Shown one piece after another: positions 25,347 to 32,000 of a stretch of 32,000 nucleotides of DNA; within the stretch, counting starts at the first letter, position 1, and each line of letters opens with the position of its first letter. The notes beneath the pieces were generated by a model, which was not told where the DNA came from, ran no database searches, and saw only the letters and a list, made by a program, of their open reading frames with translations. The DNA lies in the NCBI RefSeq assembly GCF_000009705.1, contig NC_003272.1, forward strand, positions 5,340,001 to 5,372,000. The letters run 5' to 3'. This DNA comes from Nostoc sp. PCC 7120 = FACHB-418. Its GTDB lineage: Bacteria; Cyanobacteriota; Cyanobacteriia; Cyanobacteriales; Nostocaceae. A program made the position numbers and the translations under genes.

Positions 25347-26381
25347 TTAAATTCCCGCATGACCCAATGCTAAACCGGCAACGAGCATCCCTAATACTAG
25401 AAATGGTTGGGCGCTGGCTTGGTATTTCACATCATTTTTTAAGGGATCACGCAAGAAATACATATCTTGGAAGGTGATTTGGGGAATGATTAACAGTACC
25501 AAGATGGCGGCGTATAAATTCTCATGAATGGTCACAAGATAAGCTGCAATTAATCCTTGGAACACGTCAATCATGACAACACAAATCCATGCAGCCGTGT
25601 TGATACCAAACATTACAGGTAGTGATTGTAATCCCAGTTGGCGATCGCCTTCTACACTCTTAAAGTCGTTGACAATGGCAATCCCCAAGCCTGCCAAACT
25701 ATAAATTAAGGTGAGAACAGCTATTTTCCAGTTGAGTTCACCAAATAAAGCATGACCAGCCCACCAAGGTAAAGCGATATAACTAGCACCCAAAGCGTAG
25801 TTACCTAACCAGCCGTTTTGCTTCAACTTTAAGGGAGGTGCAGAGTAGATAAAAGCGATAAAGGAACCAAACAACGCCAATACTGTGACGTTGGGGAACT
25901 CATGACCTGCCCACAAATCCAGGGTAAATGCGACGGCAATCCCAGCAATAAATAACAGCACAATTTGGGTCACAACCTGGGGGACAGAAATTGCGCCGGA
26001 AGGGATGGGGCGATAAGGTTCATTAATGGCATCGATTTCACGATCGTAAAAATCGTTGAGGGTTTGCGTGTAACCCGTCAAGAGTGGCCCCGACAACAAC
26101 ATACAAGTTGCCGCCTTCAAAACATTTTCCAATGACCAGGTGTAGTTACCAGAAGAAGCCGCACCACAAACCACACCCCAAATCAGAGGAATCCAAGTAA
26201 TCGGCTTCATCAATTGCAGGCGGATTTTCCAGATAGAAGTTTCTCCTGGCGCTGCACCTTTCATACCTAATAACTGCCGGGTTTTGGCAGTGCGGTCACT
26301 AGAGGCGATAATATCTGGGCTGGGATTCGCTAAGGCCTCAGATGGATTGGAGTCGGGAGTAATAGGAGATGATTCAGACAT
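25347..26381 (-). CDS. chlG: chlorophyll a synthase (UbiA prenyltransferase family)
   Basis: 344-aa polytopic ORF with NDFYDREIDAINEPYRPIPSG and DFKSVEGD motifs characteristic of ChlG/BchG. Confidence 0.9.
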   Translation of the reverse strand: MSESSPITPDSNPSEALANPSPDIIASSDRTAKTRQLLGMKGAAPGETSIWKIRLQLMKPITWIPLIWGVVCGAASSGNYTWSLENVLKAATCMLLSGPLLTGYTQTLNDFYDREIDAINEPYRPIPSGAISVPQVVTQIVLLFIAGIAVAFTLDLWAGHEFPNVTVLALFGSFIAFIYSAPPLKLKQNGWLGNYALGASYIALPWWAGHALFGELNWKIAVLTLIYSLAGLGIAIVNDFKSVEGDRQLGLQSLPVMFGINTAAWICVVMIDVFQGLIAAYLVTIHENLYAAILVLLIIPQITFQDMYFLRDPLKNDVKYQASAQPFLVLGMLVAGLALGHAGI

Positions 26382-26402
26382 AATATTTACTTAATGAGGT
26401 AT

Positions 26403-26484
26403 CAGTAATCGGTAATTGATAATTGGTAATTGGTAATTGTTACTGTACCCATTACCTATGACCCGTTACCCATTACCCATTACC
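26403..26484. repeat. STRR-like heptamer arrays in quasi-inverted orientation
   Basis: cagtaat cggtaat tgataat tggtaat tggtaat, followed by ...ttaccta tgacccg ttaccca ttaccca ttaccta. The two halves are imperfect reverse complements. Confidence 0.75.
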
Positions 26485-27584
26485 TAGAAAGAAATGATCA
26501 AATAATTATTTTGGAACTTTGCCCCAGTGATAGGTCTACCACTGAGTGCTGGAGGTAAGAAAATATTCCTTCGTTGGTCACCGGCTTCTACTGTTACTTC
26601 CGGCCCGTACTGGGTGAGTTTGACTTGTTTTTTATCAAATCCGGGTAAGAAGAGGCGTACCTGACGATTATGGGTGTCGATAGTTATTGGTTTAGGCGCT
26701 TGTTCGGCTTGTTCAACAAAATTGGGGAGGGCATCTATTAAAGGTTGCCAGTCACCTTTGGTAACGTCAGGAACAACAGTCACCGATAAGGGTGTAAATT
26801 CTGCCGATAGGTCGCCTTCTGTTTGTGAGGATACCTGAATTACACCACCAATGGTCAACCCAATTTGTTGAGCGCTACCCCATAGATAACGTACACTGAC
26901 AACTTCTAGAGGGTCTGCTGTAGTGACCAAGAAAGCAGCAACTCGCTTGGGGTCAGCCAATGCCTCTTTTCCCTTATCTAAGAAATTATTGACTTGATTA
27001 GTAGGTTGAGCAAAGTTATCTGCTGTCCAATTGACGTTGAAAAAGCTGCTAATTAACGGTTGAATCAAGGGTGATTCGGCTATAGTTTTACCTAAATCGG
27101 AGTTGACAAACAGTTGCCGAAAGCGCCGCACATACCAGCTTAAAGATTCTGGTAACCCCAACATCCGTAAGGTGAAAGCGTCACCTGTGCCATCGTAGAC
27201 GATCGCATCATATTTACCACTGGCATCATATTCACGGATCGCATTCAAAGCTAAAGCGCTGTCCATCCCCGGTAACACTACCAGTTCTTGACCATACACC
27301 TCTTTGATAATGGGCGTGCGGAGATATTGCGCCTCAAGTTTTTTTACTTCTTCCCAATTGCGTTCCAGCAGCACAGAAGATTGAAACTGTACAACTTCTA
27401 GATTGGGGGCAATTTGCTGGGGGTCAGGGGTTAGGGTTTGCTCTAACAGGAGGGGCAATACTGGTTCTGCCAGTCCTGCTAGAAGTACCCGCTTGCCTTG
27501 ACTTGCCAATAACTTGGCTGCGGCGATCGCTATTTTTGTTCGCGCTACACCACTTTTGCCCAAAAATGTCAATATCAGGGCCAT
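26484..27584 (-). CDS. ArsA/Get3-family protein with degenerate P-loop and C-terminal HSP20-like domain
   Basis: 366 aa from MALILTF. GKSGVARTK stands where GKGGVGKT[TS] is expected. The C-terminus (VRLFLPGFDKKQVKLTQYGPEVTVEAGDQRRNIFLP) resembles the ArsA-associated alpha-crystallin-like domain. Confidence 0.75.
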   Translation of the reverse strand: MALILTFLGKSGVARTKIAIAAAKLLASQGKRVLLAGLAEPVLPLLLEQTLTPDPQQIAPNLEVVQFQSSVLLERNWEEVKKLEAQYLRTPIIKEVYGQELVVLPGMDSALALNAIREYDASGKYDAIVYDGTGDAFTLRMLGLPESLSWYVRRFRQLFVNSDLGKTIAESPLIQPLISSFFNVNWTADNFAQPTNQVNNFLDKGKEALADPKRVAAFLVTTADPLEVVSVRYLWGSAQQIGLTIGGVIQVSSQTEGDLSAEFTPLSVTVVPDVTKGDWQPLIDALPNFVEQAEQAPKPITIDTHNRQVRLFLPGFDKKQVKLTQYGPEVTVEAGDQRRNIFLPPALSGRPITGAKFQNNYLIISF

Positions 27585-27668
27585 TATCTTGATTTCCAAT
27601 TACCGCAGGTCTTGTCAATTCCAACTTAACACTAGGCAAATACTCTTAGCTTCTACCTAGAGTTCTTT

Positions 27669-27863
27669 CTATGACACTGGTTTGATTTCATCCTCAAAAA
27701 ACCAGGTGGAAGTATTATCGTTAAACTTCACCACTACACCGATACCAGCACCATCAGTGACCTTGTAACCCTCAATTATACCAACTTCTCCAAGCTTTTT
27801 GGCGATTGGAGCAGAAACGCGATCGCGCAAACGAAACACCTTAACCTTTTGTCCGATTTCCAT
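27669..27863 (-). CDS. small conserved soluble protein (possibly DUF2862-like)
   Basis: 64-aa ORF with an ATG start and coding-like composition. The family call is from memory only. Confidence 0.5.
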   Translation of the reverse strand: MEIGQKVKVFRLRDRVSAPIAKKLGEVGIIEGYKVTDGAGIGVVVKFNDNTSTWFFEDEIKPVS

Positions 27864-27929
27864 GCCTACATAAAACGCAATAAACCAAGTTTCAGTTTAG
27901 CTGAATCCGGTACTCATCGGTGATCCGAT

Positions 27930-28115
27930 TTGGGGAGAAGATATCTATTGACTATTGACCAAAAGCTTAAAATTAAAATAGCCCAGCAGCAATTATTTGA
28001 GTCACAGCATCAGATAACTGTTGCTGAATTAAGATTGCAACAAGAACAGGAGCGATCGCAACTGTTGGCAGAATATTTACGTTCTCTAGGCGTTGACCCA
28101 GATAGTTTAAGTTAA
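27930..28115 (+). pseudogene. orphan copy of a Uma2-type C-terminal coiled-coil tail (probably not an independent gene)
   Basis: TTG-start 61-aa ORF. Its end, RLQQEQERSQLLAEYLRSLGVDPDSLS, mirrors the tail of the adjacent Uma2 protein (QERQRADRLAEYLR*). The N-terminal part runs through heptamer-like repeats (ctattga ctattga). Confidence 0.3.
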
Positions 28116-28138
28116 GCAAGTTCGTTGAGGTAAAAATC

Positions 28139-28864
28139 ATGTATCAACCTGATCCACCCTGCTCACCACAAGAAACGATGCCGACAATGTATGATTTACC
28201 CAGTGAATTAGTAGGGGAATCAGGCTTTCCAGACGAATTTCATTGTATCCAGGCAGATTTACTCAGTGAGACTTGTCAGCCTCCTAATTATCCACCGGAG
28301 GAAATTTTACTCGCCAGCGACTTAAACCTTTACTATGACCCCCGTCATACTTTATGGTACAAGCGCCCAGATTGGTACATGGTTTTGGGAGTATCCAATG
28401 CTACTCAACAGCAAGACTTACGTTTAAGTTACTTGATTTGGCAAGAGGGAGTTGCCCCATTTTTAGTAGTTGAACTACTTTCACCAGGTACAGAACAAGA
28501 CGATTTAGGGCAAACCCTACGAGAAGTGAACAAACCCCCAACAAAATGGGAAGTTTATGAACGGATTTTGCGTGTTCCTTACTACGTTGTCTATGACCGC
28601 TACGAGAATAACTTACGGGCTTTTCGGCTGAATGGCACTCGTTACGAGTCAATTCCTTTAGCAGAAAAGCGATTTTGGTTAGAAGAGATAGAATTGGGTT
28701 TAGGTCTTTGGCAGGGTACTTATCAGCAGACCACTGGATTATGGTTGCGCTGGTATAATGCAGCAGGCTGGTTGCCAACACTCAAAGAACAAGCTGAACA
28801 AGAACATCAACGGGCTGAACAAGAACGTCAACGGGCTGATAGACTGGCAGAGTATCTGCGTTGA
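28139..28864 (+). CDS. Uma2-family (DUF820) PD-(D/E)xK-like endonuclease
   Basis: 241 aa. It has MYDLPSE..., PDWYMVLGV, and VVELLSPGTEQDDLG...KWEVYERILRVPYYVVYD (an E-x-S...D...K core), followed by a Q/E/R-rich tail. Confidence 0.8.
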   Translation: MYQPDPPCSPQETMPTMYDLPSELVGESGFPDEFHCIQADLLSETCQPPNYPPEEILLASDLNLYYDPRHTLWYKRPDWYMVLGVSNATQQQDLRLSYLIWQEGVAPFLVVELLSPGTEQDDLGQTLREVNKPPTKWEVYERILRVPYYVVYDRYENNLRAFRLNGTRYESIPLAEKRFWLEEIELGLGLWQGTYQQTTGLWLRWYNAAGWLPTLKEQAEQEHQRAEQERQRADRLAEYLR

Positions 28865-29065
28865 CGCGAAGCGGCTTGTCTTTAGACATCGCAAGGGATT
28901 GACCCAAACGACCTACCCACGTAAAAAGTAGGGCTGATAGATTGATAGAATAGTTGCGTAGAGATCACTTTTCCAGAGAAACAGGCTAGGCATAGAATTG
29001 CCAAATGCCAACTGTTTGTCTTTAGACATTGCCAAAAATATATCTAAGAAACTTCAGTTAAGCAA

Positions 29066-29099
29066 CCACATATATAGATGATCCACATATATAGATGAT
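29066..29099. repeat. perfect tandem duplication of a 17-bp unit (CCACATATATAGATGAT x2)
   Basis: Read directly. It lies about 300 bp upstream of the ABC-exporter operon. Confidence 0.8.
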
Positions 29100-29398
29100 A
29101 TGGATGTACGAGATGTATATATTTCTCGTATAATTTTGTTTGGTATTTAACTCTTAATCAAAATTTAAGATTAGTAGTTGCTGACAGAAAACTTTAGGAA
29201 CTGACTAACAAATAAACTGGTCGTCAGGATCTAAATATATCTTGGTTGTTTAGTCTGCGAGCAAGCTGATAAATCTTGCTGATATTCAAAAAAGACTGAG
29301 AAATATGAACTTTCAGTACTAACCCAATGCAAAAAAATGCACTCTGATAGTATAGAATGCGCGAATAACTCGCTTGTGGTCTGTGGTGGTGTTTGAAG

Positions 29399-30205
29399 AT
29401 GGCTCTTGTAATTAAAAATAATTCAAACTGGCTGCAAGTGCAGCGCTACTGGGAACTGCTGCGTGTTTTAGTGATGAGGAATCTCAAAGTACGTTACCGA
29501 GGTTCCTTGTTAGGCGTATATTGGTCGTTACTCAACCCGTTGATTATGACGGGACTTTACAGCGCCATTTTTGGGGCAACATTTGCTTCTTACTATGGCA
29601 ATTCTATCCTGAACTATATATTGGCTGCATTTACAGGGCTGGTGGTCATCAATTTTTTCTCTTCCTCCACATCCCAAGCCTTGTCCAGTGTAGTGGGCAA
29701 CGGAGCATTGTTGAATAAAATCCGCTTACCTGTAAGTGTGTTTCCTGTATCAATGGTAGCGGCAAATATATTTCAGTTTGCAGTGGGGGCTTTCCCTTTG
29801 CTGGCAATAATTACATTCGTTAATTCTAAAAGTGTAATAAACGTTCTAGCACTATTTTTTCCCTGTCTGGCTTTAGCTTTAGTTTCTACCGGGGTGGGAT
29901 TTTTAGTCAGTGCCTTGTACGTCTTCTTTAGAGATTTACCTTACTTTTACGAATTAGTTGTCTTTGTAATCTGGATTAGTAGCCCAGTATTCTATCCAGC
30001 CGCTATCGTGCCACCCCAGGTAAAACCATTTTTACTGTTGAATCCACTAACACCTATTATTGAAAGTTTGCGTCAAATTACACTATCAGGAAATTTACCG
30101 GATTTAAGTTTAATTTGGGGTGGTTTACTCGGCGGCATAATTATTTTGTCATTGGGATGGTTTTGTTTTCAGTTGTGGCGACATCAATTTATGGATCTGC
30201 TGTAG
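29399..30205 (+). CDS. ABC-2 type polysaccharide/O-antigen exporter permease (Wzm/TagG/KpsM-like)
   Basis: About 268 aa with ATG at 29399 (TTG at 29393 is also possible). It has the LKVRYRGSLLGVYWSLLNPL signature and 6 TM segments. The stop abuts the next ATG. Confidence 0.85.
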   Translation: MALVIKNNSNWLQVQRYWELLRVLVMRNLKVRYRGSLLGVYWSLLNPLIMTGLYSAIFGATFASYYGNSILNYILAAFTGLVVINFFSSSTSQALSSVVGNGALLNKIRLPVSVFPVSMVAANIFQFAVGAFPLLAIITFVNSKSVINVLALFFPCLALALVSTGVGFLVSALYVFFRDLPYFYELVVFVIWISSPVFYPAAIVPPQVKPFLLLNPLTPIIESLRQITLSGNLPDLSLIWGGLLGGIIILSLGWFCFQLWRHQFMDLL

Positions 30206-30946
30206 ATGGAAGTAATTCGTCTGGATAAAGTTTCGCTATGGCGGCGAACCCAAGAAGAGTTTTCTTATGACCTCAAGAAAACTCTCCTATCTTTGATAGA
30301 AGGTAAATATCGTAAGCCAGCGAAAAAATTGGTTTTAGACAACGTCGATTTAGTTGTTGAAAAAGGCGACAAAATTGGTATTATTGGCGCAAATGGATCT
30401 GGTAAATCAACTTTATTGAAGATCATTTCTGGTATACTTCAACCAACGACTGGCACAGTCAGAGTCAAAGGGCAAGTTGCACCTTTGATTGAACTAGGTG
30501 CTGGTTTTGATGCAGAAATATCTGTAATGGATAATATTCTGCTCTATGGTGTATTACTGGGATTTTCGAGGGCGGAAATGAAAGAAAGGGCGAACTCAAT
30601 ATTGGAGTTTGCAGAATTACAGGACTATGCTTTAGTTCCTGTAAAAGGACTTTCTTCTGGTATGGTTGCTCGTTTAGGGTTTTCCATTGCCACAGATGTG
30701 CAGCCAAATATCTTAATTTTAGATGAGGTCTTATCGGTAGGAGACGAAAATTTTAAAAATAAATGCAAGCAAAGAATTGATAATTTTTGGAATGGAGATG
30801 CAACAGTTTTAGTAGTTTCCCATGATTTACAGTTTGTTAAACAATATTGTAATCAGTTGGTTTGGTTATCTCATGGAAAGATAGAGTTTATAGGCGATTC
30901 AGGAGAGGCAATTCAACATTATTTAAGTACATTAACATCCACATGA
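30206..30946 (+). CDS. ABC exporter ATP-binding protein (Wzt/TagH-like, short form)
   Basis: 246 aa. It has Walker A GANGSGKST, signature LSSGM, Walker B ILILDE and an H-loop SHD. There is no C-terminal extension after the NBD. Confidence 0.85.
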   Translation: MEVIRLDKVSLWRRTQEEFSYDLKKTLLSLIEGKYRKPAKKLVLDNVDLVVEKGDKIGIIGANGSGKSTLLKIISGILQPTTGTVRVKGQVAPLIELGAGFDAEISVMDNILLYGVLLGFSRAEMKERANSILEFAELQDYALVPVKGLSSGMVARLGFSIATDVQPNILILDEVLSVGDENFKNKCKQRIDNFWNGDATVLVVSHDLQFVKQYCNQLVWLSHGKIEFIGDSGEAIQHYLSTLTST

Positions 30947-30956
30947 ATATCTAAAC

Positions 30957-32000
30957 ATGGATACTTTCAATTATCAAAATTTTTATAATCAAGAATATTA
31001 TCTAAATATGGTACCGGGTATTCCTTATGATAGGGAAGCTCATGGTGGACACTGGTTACGTTTTTTCAATACAGTTGCAGATAGGTTAATTAACTATGTT
31101 TCACCCACCTCTGTTCTAGATGTGGGATGCGCCAAAGGTTTTTTGCTGGAAGCATTTTACAATCGAGGCATTCTAGTACATGGTTTCGATTATTCAGAAT
31201 ACGCCATATCTTGTGTACGAGAAGATTTAAAACCCTTTGCTTTTGTTGCTTCGGCTGCCAATTCAAACGCATTTCTAGAGAAACAGGATAGTTATGATTT
31301 GATAACTTGTATTGAAGTAGTTGAACATATGCCACGGGATGAGGCATGGTTGGCAATTAAAAATATGTGCCAGTCTGCTAAATCAATATTCTTTTCATCT
31401 ACATCAGATGATTTTGCTGAACCGACTCATTTGACTGTTTTACCCCGTATTTACTGGCTAGAAACTTTTCTTTCATTTGGCTTTGTACCAGATTACAAGT
31501 TTGATATACATGATCTCATACCACACGGAATTCTACTACGAAAAATAGATGATAATCTGACAGCATTCAAAATGCTTATTGAAGTAAATGAAACAAACTT
31601 AGAAGTAATAAAACAGCAAAAAATAGATATAGAAAAATTAAACTCAGAAAAAGTTAATTTAGAGAATAAATTACAACAAACTCAGACAGAGTTAGAGCGA
31701 TCGCACTCCCAACTACAGCAGACTCAGACAGAGTTAGAGCGATCGCACTCCCAACTACAGCAAACTCAGACAGAATTAGAGCGATCGCACTCCCAACTAC
31801 AGCAGACTCAGACAGAGTTAGAGCGATCGCACTCCCAACTACAGCAGACTCAGACAGAGTTAGAGCGATCGCACTCCCAACTACATCAGACTCAGACAGA
31901 ATTAGAGCGATCGCAATCTCAACTACAGCAGACTCAGACAGAACTGGAGCGATCGCAGTCCCAATTGCAACAAATTCAGATGGCTTTGACTTTGCCTCAG
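30957..32000 (+). CDS. class I SAM-dependent methyltransferase with C-terminal coiled-coil repeat region (3' end outside the window)
   Basis: This open frame is absent from the supplied track because it has no stop in the window. I translated it by hand and found no stops from the ATG at 30957 to 32000. It has motif I VLDVGCAKG and motif II-like DLITCIEVVEH, followed by K/E/N-rich and QTQTELERSHSQLQ repeats. Confidence 0.75.
   Translation, partial: MDTFNYQNFYNQEYYLNMVPGIPYDREAHGGHWLRFFNTVADRLINYVSPTSVLDVGCAKGFLLEAFYNRGILVHGFDYSEYAISCVREDLKPFAFVASAANSNAFLEKQDSYDLITCIEVVEHMPRDEAWLAIKNMCQSAKSIFFSSTSDDFAEPTHLTVLPRIYWLETFLSFGFVPDYKFDIHDLIPHGILLRKIDDNLTAFKMLIEVNETNLEVIKQQKIDIEKLNSEKVNLENKLQQTQTELERSHSQLQQTQTELERSHSQLQQTQTELERSHSQLQQTQTELERSHSQLQQTQTELERSHSQLHQTQTELERSQSQLQQTQTELERSQSQLQQIQMALTLPQ
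31677..31970 (+). repeat. seven in-frame 42-bp tandem repeats (14-aa unit QTQTELERSHSQLQ), each containing HIP1 GCGATCGC
   Basis: The period was verified from CTCAGACAGA at 31681 and 31723. Units 1-5 are nearly identical at the DNA level and units 6-7 are diverged. The array may continue beyond the window. Confidence 0.9.

Noticed and set aside
31677-31970. A CRISPR array was considered for the regular 42-bp repeats, and also for the heptamer arrays at 8061-8116, 9346-9480 and 26403-26484.
   Set aside because: There are no unique spacers between the repeats. The 42-bp units are contiguous and in frame within a protein-coding ORF, and the heptamer arrays are simple STRR-type tandem repeats. 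No cas genes are present.

Overview
The window looks like chromosomal DNA from a filamentous, heterocyst-forming (Nostocales-type) cyanobacterium. The evidence is that the HIP1 octamer GCGATCGC recurs in genes and spacers, tandem heptamer (STRR-like) arrays fill several intergenic gaps, and chlG and a PucC/BCD-type transporter are present. Most genes are ordinary housekeeping or accessory metabolism: crotonase, SDR, Zn-ADH, IMPase, SbcD, CysH, an Apa2-like phosphorylase, GNAT, VOC, DUF1499, ChlG and an ArsA/Get3-like protein.

The most unusual feature is a tightly coupled minus-strand operon at about 16.4-23.9 kb. It encodes a divergent 737-aa Hsp70, a zinc-ribbon/TM/LysM protein, a 909-aa helical-repeat (TPR-like) protein, a J-like/TPR protein without an intact HPD motif, a GrpE-like protein and a nucleotidyltransferase-fold protein. 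I read this as a self-contained, possibly envelope-tethered Hsp70 system of unknown function.

Other notable items:
- A standalone TnpB (IS200/IS605-type) element sits directly upstream of cysH.
- Two diverged paralogs of an unrecognised about 185-aa protein are present, one coupled to the ADH.
- There is a RelE/YafQ-like toxin-antitoxin pair.
- A Uma2 nuclease appears to have a disrupted C-terminal tail, with an orphan copy of that tail upstream.
- A wzm/wzt-type ABC exporter is followed by a methyltransferase whose C-terminus is built from near-identical 42-bp tandem repeats. This may be a WbdD-like coiled-coil ruler.

All family assignments come from motif recognition by eye. No database search was run.
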